From an uncultured beta proteobacterium (GTDB taxonomy: Bacteria > Pseudomonadota > Gammaproteobacteria > Burkholderiales > JACQAP01), in contig CAVOIO010000031.1 in NCBI GenBank assembly GCA_963695915.1, positions 1,760-65,759 of the forward strand: a DNA stretch of 64,000 nt, in the 5' to 3' direction. The stretch's first letter is position 1. Each line of letters begins with the position of its first letter. The notes under the pieces were generated by a model, which saw only the letters and a program-made list of their open reading frames with translations, searched no databases and was not told the origin of the DNA. The position numbers and the translations under genes were made by a program. Below, in pieces: positions 1-14,194 of this stretch.

Positions 1-87
1 AGGGGCCCCTCTTCCGCGCTCCGGCGTCCCTGGCAGTCATCCGCACCTGGCGCAACGCGCGTCGTGGGACCTAGTCAGAGCTTCCCT
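1..87 (-). mobile_element. End of a MITE/IS (family A), truncated by the window edge
   Basis: The reverse complement AGGGAAGCTCTGACTAGGTCCCACGACGCGCGTTGCGCCAGGTGCGGATGACTGCCAGG closely matches the left end of the element at 17343. It lies a few bp after the stop of the acyltransferase. Confidence 0.75.
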
Positions 88-91
88 TGAT

Positions 92-856
92 TCACCGACT
101 GAGCGCCGCGGCGATCGCCGCGTGCGTCGCGCGCGCAAGATCCCGCCGCGACTTGCCTTCGGCATCGATCGCTGGCAGGAAAATCAGTTCCGCCACGATC
201 TTGCGTTCCCGCAGGATCATCGCCATGGATTCGACCAGGCTGGTATCCCCGACATAGCTGGCGTTGACGTTCACCCCGCCTTCCTCGTTCAGATATCGCA
301 ACGCCACCGGGAACACCAACGCATGCTCGTCCACCGCGGGTTGCAGCAGAGAAGCGTGGAAGTGTTGCAGGCCGGTGCCTTCCGTGGTCGTGCCTTCGGG
401 AAACACGCCGATGGCGTCCCCGCCGAGGAATGCCTCGTGGATCGCCCGATTGATGCGCGCGGCGTGGCGGCTTTTGCCGCGCTGGATGAACAGCGTCCCG
501 GTCCTGGCCGACAGCCAGCCGATCAGCGGCCAGCGGCGCACTTCCGATTTGGCTATGAAGCGCACCTGCCACACCGAATGCACCAGCGGGATGTCAAGCC
601 AGGATATGTGATTCGCGACCAGCACTGCCGCCCGGTTTTTGCCCGCGGGAGGAGCGCCGCGCAAACGCCGCTCGACGTTGACGGCGGAGAGAACGCGCGC
701 CGACCAGCGCGCCTGGGCCAGCCGGCGGCGTGCACTTCCATAGAAAGGAAACAGCAGGGCCACGGTGGCAATGCCGGCGAAGAGGTGGAACAGAAGAAGC
801 GTTGAACGATAGAAACGGACCGGAAGCGAAGTCTGCTCTCTATCGTCGAGGGTCAT
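92..856 (-). CDS. 1-acyl-sn-glycerol-3-phosphate (lysophospholipid) acyltransferase family protein
   Basis: NHISWLD (HX4D), FIAKSE and FPEGT acyltransferase motifs; intact ORF. Confidence 0.9.
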   Translation of the reverse strand: MTLDDREQTSLPVRFYRSTLLLFHLFAGIATVALLFPFYGSARRRLAQARWSARVLSAVNVERRLRGAPPAGKNRAAVLVANHISWLDIPLVHSVWQVRFIAKSEVRRWPLIGWLSARTGTLFIQRGKSRHAARINRAIHEAFLGGDAIGVFPEGTTTEGTGLQHFHASLLQPAVDEHALVFPVALRYLNEEGGVNVNASYVGDTSLVESMAMILRERKIVAELIFLPAIDAEGKSRRDLARATHAAIAAALSR

Positions 857-900
857 GCGTCAGGAAATGGCGGCAGGGGGCGGAACGCGGTGGTTTGCGA

Positions 901-1836
901 TCACCACGGCGACCTGCCGAACGCGTCGCGGAAACGCACGCCGATTTCGGCGCGCGAGAACTGGTGATTCTGCGCGCCGCGCTCGGCGATCTTGATCGCG
1001 CCCAGCAGCGAGGCCAGCCTGCCGGTGGTCGGCCAGTCCAGATCGTTGGCGATGCCGTACAGCAATCCGGCGCGGTAAGCATCGCCACAGCCGGTCGGAT
1101 CCACCACGTTCGCCGGTTTGACGCTGGGGATCGTTTCGGACGTGCCACTGGAATACACCAGCGAACCCTGCGCCCCTTGCGTGACTACGAAAGCTTTCAC
1201 CAGTTTTGCCAGCTCTTCAACGGTCGTGCCGGTGCGTTCCTGCAGCAGCTTTGCCTCGTAATCGTTGGTCGCCACGTAGTCGGCTTGTCTGATGAAATTC
1301 AACAATTCCTCGCCGTTGAACATCGGCAAGCCCTGGCCGGGATCGAATATGAACGGGATGCCGGCCTGGTGAAATTCGCGGGCGTGCTGCAGCATGCCCT
1401 CGCGCCCGTCCGGCGCCACGATGCCCAGCCCCACGTCGCGCGCGTCGGCAATATGGTTCAGATGCGAAGAATTCATCGCCCCGGGATGGAACGCGGTGAT
1501 CTGGTTGTCGTCCAGGTCGGTGGTGATGAATGCCTGCGCGGTAAACGCGCCGGCTACCTGGCGCACGTGCGCCTGCGACAGCCGCAGCTTTTCCAGGCGG
1601 TAGGCGTAAGGCTGGTAGTCCTCGCCGACGGTCGCCATGATCAACGGATCGCCGCCCAGCATCTTCAGCGTGTAGGCAATGTTGCCGGCGCATCCGCCGA
1701 ATTCGCGGCGCATGTCCGGCACCAGGAAGGCGACGTTGAGGATGTGGATCTGGTCCGGGAGTATGTGGTTCTTGAAGTAGTCGCCGAACACCATGATGGT
1801 GTCGTAGGCGATCGATCCGCAGATCAGTGTGCGCAT
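901..1836 (-). CDS. PfkB-family carbohydrate kinase (adenosine kinase-like)
   Basis: Starts MRTLICGSIAYD; has the GGCAGNIAY and DPTGCGDAYRAG PfkB signatures. Confidence 0.9.
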   Translation of the reverse strand: MRTLICGSIAYDTIMVFGDYFKNHILPDQIHILNVAFLVPDMRREFGGCAGNIAYTLKMLGGDPLIMATVGEDYQPYAYRLEKLRLSQAHVRQVAGAFTAQAFITTDLDDNQITAFHPGAMNSSHLNHIADARDVGLGIVAPDGREGMLQHAREFHQAGIPFIFDPGQGLPMFNGEELLNFIRQADYVATNDYEAKLLQERTGTTVEELAKLVKAFVVTQGAQGSLVYSSGTSETIPSVKPANVVDPTGCGDAYRAGLLYGIANDLDWPTTGRLASLLGAIKIAERGAQNHQFSRAEIGVRFRDAFGRSPW

Positions 1837-1858
1837 GCCCGGCAAGACCCCCGTCAAC

Positions 1859-2696
1859 TCAGCGTTTCAGCACAAAGGGCGTGAAACCGAGTTCCTGCCG
1901 GATGCGTTCGGCGGCGCGCTCAGCCTCTCCGCGATTGGGGTAAGGCCCCGCGTGCACCTTGTACAGGCCGTCGCCACGGTACAGTTTCATCGAACCGGCA
2001 AGCCACCCCAGGTCCATGCGCATCTTGCGCAGGAATGCATCGGCGTTTTCCTCCACCGAGAAGGCGCCGAGCTGCACGAAGATGCCGCCGGCCTCGCTGC
2101 TCACCGGCGCCGCAACCGGCGCGGGTAGAACTGGCGTGCTCGCAACCACCGGGGTTTCGCCGTTGCCGGGAATGATGGTTTCCACTTCCACAATTGCGCT
2201 GCCCTGGCCGATGATGTCGATGCGGTGCGCTGCGGCGTAGGAAAGATCAATCAACCGGTCCTCATGGAACGGGCCGCGGTCGTTCACGCGCACGACCACG
2301 GATTTGCCGTTGGCGACGTTGGTGACGCGGGCGTAACTCGGCAGCGGCAGCAGGGTGTGCGCCGCACTGAGCGCGTACATGTCGTAAACCTCGCCCGAGG
2401 AAGTCTTCTGGCCGTGGTAGCGCTTGCCATACCAGGAGGCCGCACCACGTTGCTTATACGAAGTCACCTGCGTGTGCGGCGTGTAGGTGCGGCCCAGTAC
2501 TGTATACGGGCGGCTGGTGTACTTGTTGAGCGGTTCGATCTTCGGCGTCGGTTCGGGAATCGAATCCAGATTTGCCGGTGGGTTGGCACCGGGCCCGTCG
2601 TCGAGATAGTAACCGCCGGGCTTCGACCCGGGGCGCGCAGGGAGCGCTGCCGCAACCCGCGATAATCATTGCAACGAACGTTGCGATGGCGATCAT
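1859..2696 (-). CDS. rlpA: Septal ring lytic transglycosylase RlpA lipoprotein (frameshifted in assembly)
   Basis: Lipobox IAGC; ASWYG...SAAHTLLPLPSYARVTN...VRVNDRGPF; C-terminal SPOR domain (VQLGAFS). Split over several frames. Confidence 0.9.
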
Positions 2697-2699
2697 CGC

Positions 2700-2848
2700 C
2701 GAGGGACGAGGGACGAGGGACGGGGGACGAGGGAAAGGACTTCACGTCGAGCGCAATAAGTATCATAGAATGCATTGGTTAAGTCCTGAGCTCTGCACGC
2801 ATTAAAGTCGTATTCCCCTCATCCCTCGCCCCTCATTCCTCGCCCCTA
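2700..2848. repeat. Heptamer-repeat inverted element (GACGAGG-type arm / spacer / CCTCGCC-type arm) between rodA and rlpA
   Basis: A purine arm at about 2700-2733 (GAGGGAC x~5) and a complementary pyrimidine arm at about 2813-2848 enclose an AT-rich spacer of about 80 bp. Confidence 0.8.
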
Positions 2849-3941
2849 CGTCTGAACCAGACGTCGATGCGTATGGATGCTCATCAGCAAACCGACGCTG
2901 AATAAAATCGTCACCAACGAGGTGCCGCCATAGCTGATCAGCGGCAGCGGCACGCCCACCACCGGCAGGATTCCGCTCACCATCCCCATGTTGACGATGA
3001 CGTAAGTGAAGAAGGTCAGCGTGATCGCACCGGCGAGCAGGCGGGTGAACAGCGTCGGGCCGTTGGCTGCGATCACCAGCCCGCGGCCGACCACAAGCAG
3101 AAATAACACCAACAGCACAAGATTGCCGAACAAGCCGAACTCTTCCGCGTACACCGCGAAAATGAAATCGGTGGTGCGCTCCGGCAGGAAGTCGAGATGC
3201 GACTGCGTGCCGTTGAGCCAGCCTTTGCCGAAAATTCCGCCGGATCCCAGCGCGATGGTGGACTGGATGGTGTGATAGCCCGCACCCAGCGGGTCCTGCG
3301 AAGGATCGAGCAGCGTCAGCACCCGCTGACGCTGGTAATCGTGCAGCATCGACCACAGGAACGGAAGGCTCGTCCCGCCCGCCAGCGCAAGGCCCGACCA
3401 GGATTTTCCAAGATAACCCGGCGAAAAACAGCACAAAGAACCCGGCCGAAGTCACCAGCAGCGCGGTGCCGAGGTCCGGCTGCCGCGCAATCAGCAGCAC
3501 CGGCACCAGCACCAGCAGCGCCCCGACGGCGAAGTCGCGCATTTTCAGCACTGCCTCGTAGCGATCGAAGTACCAGGCCATCATCAACGGCACCGCTATT
3601 TTCATCAGCTCCGAAGGCTGGACGCGGGTGAATCCGAGATCGAGCCAGCGTCGCGCACCATTCACGATCTCGCCGAACACCGCCACCGCGATCAGGAGCA
3701 CGAGGCCCAGGACATACAACGGCAGTGCGATGCGGGAAAGGTAATGCAAGGGCACGTTGGCGGCGATCCACATCACCACGAGCGCGATGCAGATGTTGGC
3801 GAACTGCGCCGCCACGCGCTCGAGGCTCGCCCCCGCGGCGCTGTACAGGGTGAGCAAGCCGATCACCAGCAATACAGCAACCAGCGTCATCAGATAGCGA
3901 TCGACGTGTTTGACCAGATAGGCGTACAGGCGGTTAATCAC
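2846..3941 (-). CDS. rodA: Rod shape-determining peptidoglycan glycosyltransferase RodA (frameshifted)
   Basis: [29 protein letters not shown] and PLISYGG SEDS motifs across two frames. Confidence 0.93.
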
Positions 3942-5912
3942 CTTCCTGCTCCGGTTTCAGCACGTGCTCCAGCGCCTGTTCCTGCTCCGGTGCCAGCTCG
4001 GGGACCGTTTCCTGGGCCGGTTCCTGCGCAGGTTTTCTGGTCGGCGGTTTCACCAACTGCGGCTCCTTCCCCAGCAGATAAAAATCAATCACCTGCCGCG
4101 CAATCGGCGCGGCGGTGCTGCTGCCGTGTCCGCCGTTTTCCACCAGCACTGCCAGTGCGATCTTGGGATCGTCCGCCGGAGCGTAGCCGATGAACAGCGC
4201 GTGGTCGCGGTGGCGCGCGTGAATGCGATCTTCGTCGTACTTCTGCCCTTTCAAACCGATCACCTGCGCGGTGCCGGTCTTGCCGGCAAACAGATACTTC
4301 GCGCCCATGCCTGCCCACGCCGCGGTTCCGCCCGGTTTCATCACGTCCACCATCGCGTCGCGCACGCGCTTGACGTTCTCGGGCTTCAAATGGCACTTCG
4401 CCGATCGGCTCCGGTTCGATGGTGATCAAATCGCCGGATTGGCTGTCCTGTATGTGCTGGACCACGTGCGGCCGGAAAATACGCCCGTCGTTGGCCAGAA
4501 TCGCCGTGGCGAACGCAAGCTGCAGCGGTGTAGTCAGGTTGTAGCCCTGGCCGATGCCCACCGAGATGGTGTCGCCGACAAACCACTTCTGCTGGAAGCG
4601 CCGCTGCTTCCATTCCTGCGATGGCAACAGCCCGTCGACTTCGCCCTCGATGTCGATGCCGGTCGTCCTGCCGAGTCCGAACTGGTCAATGAATTCGTGG
4701 ATGGCGTCGATGCCGAGCTCGTGCGCCAGGCCGTAGAAATAGGTATCGCAGGACTCGACGACCGCCTTGTGCAGGTTCACGATGCCGTGACCACCTGCCT
4801 TCCAGTCGCGGTAGGCGCGGCCACTGCCGCCGAGCATGAAATAACCCGGATCGTTGATGGTGAATCCGGGTTTGCGCTTTCCCGATTCGAGACCCGCCAG
4901 CGCCATGAAAGGCTTGAAGGTCGAGCCCGGCGGATACACGCCCTGCAACGCGCGATTGTTGAGCGGATGGTCGGGCGAATTGTTCAGCGCATCCCAATTC
5001 TGCGGATCGATGCCCTCGACGAACAGATTGGGGTCGAAGCCTGGCTTGGAGACCAGCGCCAGCACCCCGCCGGTGGCAGGCTCGATCGCCACCAGCGAGC
5101 CGCGGTGAGTCGCCGAACACCTGTTCCGCCACCTGTTGCAACCGCGCGTCCAGCGCCAGCCGCAGATCGTTGCCGGACACCGGCAGGATGCTGCGCAGCG
5201 TGCGTACCGACTGCCCGTTGGCATCGGTTTCCACGTGTTCGTAGCCGGTTACCCCGCGCAGGTCTTTCTCGTAGCGCTGCTCAAGGCCGACCTTGCCGAT
5301 GTAATCCGAGGCGCTGTAGTTCGCCGCCATCCCCTTGTTTTTCAGATCCGCCACGTCCGGATCGCTGATCCGGCCGATGTAACCGACCACGTGCGAGGCG
5401 ATCTCGCCGTTCGGGTAGTGGCGGAACAGACGCGCGTTCAATTCCACGCCGGGAAAACGATATGCGTTAACCGCGAAGCGCGCCACCTCTTCGTCGTTTA
5501 GCCGCGTGCGGATCGGCACGCTGGCGAAATCGTGGCCTTCCTCGAGCAGTTTCTGGAAACGCCTGCGGTCCTTGGGGGTGATGTCGACCAGTATCGACAG
5601 CCTGTTGATCATGTCCTCGAAGTTATCGACCTGCGTAGGCATGATCTCCAGGGTATAAGCGGCAAAGTTGTGTGCCAGCACCACGCCGTTGCGGTCCACG
5701 ATCAACCCGCGGTTGGGCACCACCGGGACGATGAAAATACGGTTCTGCTCGGCGAGCGTATGGTAATAGTCGTGCTGGATCACCTGTACGTAGAAAAAGC
5801 GAACAAACAGGACAAAGAAGACGAACAGTACGCCGCCGCCGGCGATTGCCAGCCGCAGCTGGAAGTTGTTGAGGTCGCGTTGAAGGTCGCGAAGCTCGAC
5901 GGCGCGGTTCAT
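3934..5912 (-). CDS. mrdA: Penicillin-binding protein 2 (frameshifted)
   Basis: YPPGSTFK (SxxK), SCD (SxN-like) and KTGTAQ motifs; N-terminal TM; lies between mreD and rodA. Confidence 0.93.
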
Positions 5913-5956
5913 CGCCGTTCGGGGGAAAGTCGCCAGGCGCATGCGCGGCGACCGCC

Positions 5957-6489
5957 TTACACTTCGTCCGGATCCCGCCGCGAGTGCAGCGGAATCGTGA
6001 ACAGGAGCCGGGTTCCCGGCCACAACAGCGCACCGACAATGCTGGGAACGAAATACCACCAGCCCGGATACACCCCGCCCGCCGCCGCCCGCACCGCGAG
6101 CACGATCACCTGCATCAGCAGCAGTATCACCAGCACGTGAAGCATCTGGTGGCGCACACCGAACATCGCCACGCGCCGGTGCAACGCGATGGCGCTGAAC
6201 ATCAGCACCGAGTAGGCCAGCGCGTGCTGCCCAAACAGGCTGCCGTCGGCCACGTCCATCGCCAGGCCGAGCAGCCATGCGGGAAGGAAACCGATCTCTG
6301 CGCGGCTGGTGGATGCCCCAGTACAGCAGCGTGAGGGCGACAAAGTCGGGACGCAGCACCAGCACCCAGCCGGTAAGCGGCGTCAGGTTCAGCAGCAGCG
6401 CCCCAAGCAGGGTCAGGGCGACGTACAACGGTCTGACCGGGCGCAGGATCTCCTCGGCCGAAAGATTAGCCGAATCCGGAGCCGCGCAT
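5957..6489 (-). CDS. mreD: Rod shape-determining protein MreD (frameshifted; start approximate)
   Basis: RPDFVALTLLYW...AWLLGLAMDVADGSLFGQHALAY; conserved synteny. Confidence 0.88.
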
Positions 6490-7392
6490 CAGCCGTCCCT
6501 CCGCGACTTGCGCGGCTTGGCCTTCTTTTGCGGGGCTGCCGGGGGATACTCGGGCAGCGGCGCCAGCCTGGCGAGAACCAGGACCTGGCGGTGGCGGTTG
6601 ACACCGGCGGCAGGAGTACAGGTGATGTGCGCAAATGGGTAGGCGGCATTGCGCTCAATGCTGGAAACCACCGCCACCGGCAATCCGGCCGGGTAGACGC
6701 CGTCGATGCCGGAGGTCACCAGCACGTCGCCGTTCTCGATGTCGGCGTTGACCGGCATGAAGCGCAGATCCAGCGCGCCGTCGTAGCCGGTACCGAAAAT
6801 TGCGGCGCGCAGGCCGTTTCTCACCAACTGGACCGGCACGACCTGTTCGCGGTCGGTGACGAGCGCGATCTCGGCGGTCCAGGGAAATGTGCGGCTCACC
6901 TGGCCGATCAATCCGGTGTCGTCAACGACTGCGGCACCTTCCTCGACCTTGTGCGACGAACCCCTGTCGATGATCACCTTGCGGCTGAACGGGTCGCGAC
7001 CGAAGTACAGAATTTCCGCCGCCGTCGAGGTCGGAACGACGCGCTCCTTCATGTCCAGGAGCTGGCGCAGGTGACCGATTTTCGGCGATCAGTTCCTGCT
7101 GCGTCTGCAACAGCGCGGCATTGAGGAAATTCTCGCGTGCCAGGCGCTCGTTCTCGCGTTGCAGGTAGGATTGGCTGACAAAGAAGCTGCCGATTCCTGA
7201 AACCAGCTCTCCCGGCACGTCCACGATTCTCTGCAGGGGATAAAGCACCACGCCGATGGCCTTGCGCATCCCTTCCGTGTAGTGAAAGCGGACGTCGGCG
7301 TACAGCAGGACCAGGGAGAGCAGCGCGAAGAATGACAGTCTGGCAAGGAGGCTGGGGCCCCGCTGGAAGAATGGCGGTGGGGTGTACTCCAT
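6489..7392 (-). CDS. mreC: Rod shape-determining protein MreC (frameshifted)
   Basis: MEYTPPPFFQRGPS start; GDVLVTSGIDGVYPAGLPVA motif. Confidence 0.92.
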
Positions 7393-7395
7393 CCT

Positions 7396-7540
7396 AGGGA
7401 CGAGGGGCGAGGGGCGAAGGACGAGCGGTGAAGCCTAAAGGAGAAAACTGGTGCCTGAAACAAGCTCTGAAAAGTGCCGACGCGATCCCGGGAGTTATCT
7501 GCCGTTCCCTCACCCCTCGCCCCTCACACCTCGTCCCTCA
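7396..7540. repeat. Heptamer-repeat inverted element between mreB and mreC
   Basis: AGGGACGAGGGGCGAGGGGCGAAGGACGAG arm at about 7396-7431 and CCCTCACCCCTCGCCCCTCACACCTCGTCCCTCA arm at about 7506-7540. Confidence 0.8.
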
Positions 7541-7548
7541 TGAAATCC

Positions 7549-10571
<3,023 letters not shown>

Positions 10572-10646
10572 AGCCGCCCACAGCGTTGGGCGCATTTCCT
10601 CGCCCCTCACTCGTCGCCCGTCACCCGTCACCCGTTAGCGTGAGCC

Positions 10647-12117
10647 ATGGACTGGGAAATCGTCATCGGCATCGAGACCCACGCGCAGCTGTCGACGCGG
10701 TCGAAGATATTTTCGTCCGCGCCGACCGCATTCGGCGCCGCACCAAATACCCAGGCCAGCGCGATAGACCTGGCCCTGCCGGGCACGTTGCCGGTGCTCA
10801 ACAAGGGCGCGGTGGAACGGGCGATCCGCTTCGGGCTGGCGGTCGGTGGAACCATCAACGCGCGCTCGATTTTCGCTCGCAAGAACTATTTCTATCCCGA
10901 CCTTCCCAAGGGCTACCAGATCAGCCAGTACGAAATTCCCGATCGTGCAGGGCGGGGAAATCGCAATAGTTTCACCGATGCGCGGCGACATCAAGGTACA
11001 ACTTACGCGCGCCCATCTTGGAGGAAGATGCCGGTAAATCTCTTCATGAAGATTTTCACGGCATGAGCGGCATTGACCTGAACCGCGCGGGCACGCCGCT
11101 GCTGGAAATCGTGTCCGAGCCGGACATGCGCTCCGCCGAGGAGGCGGTTGCCTATGCGAAGAAGCTTTACAAGCGAATCGGGTACAGTGGATCGACATCT
11201 GCGACGGCAATATGCAGGAAGGATCGTTCCGCTGCGACGCCAACGTCTCGGTGCGCCGCCCGGGCGCGCCTCTCGGCACGCGCCGCGAGATCAAGAATCT
11301 GAATTCGTTTCGATTCCTGCAGCAGGCGATCGACTACGAAGCGAAATGGCAGATCGAAACACTGGAGGACGGCGGCACGATTCGAGCAAGCCACTGTGCT
11401 GTTCGACGCGGATACCGGCAGACGCGCATGATGCGCACCAAGGAAGATGCGCATGATTACCGTTATTTTCCCGATCCCGATCTACTGCCGCTTGTGATAA
11501 CGGATGAAGACATAGAACGCGTTCGCTCAACGATGCGGAAACATCTTGAGGAACAACGTAGGGAATTCGAGACTGCTGGGATTCCGAGCCATGTTGCGGC
11601 GGTTCTAATGGCCAATCCGACTGGAAAGGCGAGAATTGTTGCTAAGGCAATCGAGATTTTGGAGCAGGACAAGAAAATTTCGCCGGAAAAGCGTGCGAAA
11701 ATTCTCATGAATACTGCAAATGCAGTAGTGAGTTCAGCTGCCTCCATATTGGAGAATTGGGGAACATCGCAATTTCAGAAGCCGAATTTGCCTAGTGACT
11801 TGGTCCAAATTCAGCTATACGTCGACGCGGGAAAGATATCAAACAGACAAGCGAAAGAAGTGCAAGACGCCGTACTAGCTGGAGAAGTTTCGGCGGAGGA
11901 AGTAATCAAGACGCGTGGTCTCGAGCAAATGTCCGACAGCGGCGCGATCGAGAAGATCGTCGATGACGTGATCGCCGCCAATCCGCAACAGGTCGCGGAC
12001 TACAGGAGCGGCAAGGAAAAGGCTTTCAATTCGCTGGTCGGCCAGGTCATGAAGGTAACCAGGGGCAAGGCCAATCCCGCCCAGGTGAACGAGATTCTGA
12101 AGAAGAAACTGGGCTAG
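10647..12117 (+). CDS. gatB: Asp/Glu-tRNA amidotransferase subunit B (frameshifted; divergent internal segment)
   Basis: [52 protein letters not shown] and a C-terminal GQVMK..GKANP. Confidence 0.95.
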
Positions 12118-12127
12118 AACGCGCTGG

Positions 12128-12765
12128 CTATTTGCCGGCCGTTTTCAGTTCACGGTAACGTAGTTTGTCGGCCTCGTACTTCGCGCGCACCGATTCGGCG
12201 TAGCTTTTCCTTTGTTGAAACTCGGCCTCGATCGCCGATAGTTCCTTCTGCTTGATGTCAATCTCTTCAAGCAGTTGCGGCGGGATCGCTTTCTGCTGTC
12301 CCGCCAGGCGGTCTGCCTGCGTCTTCAGGTCGAAGAGTTGCTGGTTCACCTTGGTCAGCCGGTTTTCGGCCGTCTTGACCGTTTGCAAGCGGCATTACCA
12401 GGCTGCGGTCACGGGCGACGTCGATTTCCTCCTCCGACGTGTAGGTCGCGGTCAGCGCACGATCGCGGCGTTGCTTTTCCGACGATATCCTTGGTCCCGA
12501 CCTTCCCGTCCTCCGCCAAGGGCTTGGTCGCCGGGCCAGGTTTGGTGGTTTCAAGCTTCTTCACCACCCTGCCGTGACGATTCATCTCTTCGACCTGGTT
12601 ACATTCCGGCGCCAGTTTGTCCGAGTAATAGGCCCTGCCGCGGTCGTCCAGGCACTTGTACATGACCGTGCCGGAAGCGCCGGGTTTGGGCGTCTGCTGC
12701 GCCAGCGCCGGACCCGCGAGTGCCGCGGCGACGGTCAGGCTTACAAGCGTTCGAATCACACTCAT
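12128..12765 (-). CDS. Secreted DUF4124-like coiled-coil protein (frameshifted)
   Basis: Signal peptide, [15 protein letters not shown] motif, [20 protein letters not shown]; overlaps the pyrE stop. Confidence 0.7.
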
Positions 12766-13408
12766 GCAGATACCCCGTACTGTTTGCGGTACTGTTCAAC
12801 TGACTGCAACTGCCGTGCCATATCCGCCCGCCTTCGCAAGGTACGCGGTAAGGTCCTGGAGCGTGGCGATGCTGATGACGGGGATGCCGAACTGACTGCG
12901 GACTTCCTGGGCGGCGGACTGCGAACCGCTGCCGCGCTCCATCCGGTCGAGCGCAATCACCACGCCGCAGGGCGCAGCGCCGGCCGCTCGAATGATCTGC
13001 ACCGATTCGCGCACCGACGTGCCGGCGGAAATGACGTCGTCCACGATCAGTATCCGCCCGGAGAGCGGGGCGCCCACCGTGATGCCGCGCTCGCCGTGGT
13101 CCTTGGTTTCCTTGCGATTGAAGCAGAATGGCACGTTTCGCCCAATTTCGGCAAGGGCAACGGCGGTGGCTGAAACCAGCGGAATGCCCTTGTAAGCCGG
13201 ACCGAACAGCATGTCGAAGGCAGTATCGGCGGCGACGATGGCTTTCGCGTAGAATTGTCCCGAGTTTTCGCAGCGCTTCGCCGTCGTTGAACAGACCGGC
13301 GTTGAAGAAGTAAGGCGACAGACGCCCGGCCTTGGTCTTGAACTCGCCAAAGCACAGAACACCGCGGGCCAAGGCAAATTCAATAAACTCCTGCCTGAAA
13401 TTTTTCAT
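12762..13408 (-). CDS. pyrE: Orotate phosphoribosyltransferase (frameshifted)
   Basis: [28 protein letters not shown] and the [13 protein letters not shown]-binding motif. Confidence 0.94.
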
Positions 13409-13416
13409 TGCCCGTC

Positions 13417-14194
13417 GTGCGAATTGTCTCTCTCAATCTAAACGGCATACGGTCGGCAGTCAACAAAGGCTTTCTCGAGTGGATGTCCGCGCAGGATGCC
13501 GACGCAATTTGCGTCCAGGAGATCAAGGCGCAGAACCGCGACATCGGTGACGCGATCCGCAATCCCGACGGATACCGCGGCTACTTTCATTGTGCGGATC
13601 GGCCGGGCTACAGCGGTGTCGGCATCTACTGCCGCAAAAAGCCCGATCGCGTGATCGAAGGCCTCGGCATTCCCGACATCGACGCCGAAGGCCGTTACAT
13701 CGAGACACAGTTCGGCAACCTCAGCATCGTGTCGGTGTACGTGCCCTCGGGTTCCAGCTCCGCGGAACGCCTGGCGATCAAGTTCAGCTTCATGGAGCGA
13801 TTCATCGCGCCGCTGCACAGGCTTGCGCAAAGCGGACGCGACGTCATTTTCTGCGGCGACTGGAATGTCGCGCACAGGGAGATCGACCTCAGGAACTGGC
13901 GCTCCAACCAGAAGAACTCCGGCTTCCTGCCCGAGGAACGCGAGTGGTTCTCCGGGGTGCTCGACAAGCTCGGGTACGTGGACGTGTTCCGCCGCGATCA
14001 ACCAGGAACCGGAGCAGTACACCTGGTGGTCCAATCGCGGCCAGGCCTGGGCCAAGAACGTGGGCTGGCGCATCGACTATCAACTCGCCACGCCCGGCAT
14101 CGCGGCCAAAGCCAGAAGCGCTGCCATCTACAAGGCGCAGCGTTTCAGCGACCATGCGCCTCTGACCATCGACTATGACTACCCGCTGGTTTAG
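13417..14194 (+). CDS. xth: Exodeoxyribonuclease III / AP endonuclease (frameshifted)
   Basis: [38 protein letters not shown] and FSDHAP. Confidence 0.92.

Noticed and set aside
3940-4030. Pro/Glu/Gln-rich repetitive C-terminal tail of PBP2
   Set aside because: A low-complexity tail with degenerate 12-bp periodicity; common and not evidently a separate element.
13417-14194. Crc catabolite repression protein (pyrE-adjacent in Pseudomonas)
   Set aside because: The catalytic QE, GDWN and SDH residues are intact, consistent with an active exonuclease III.
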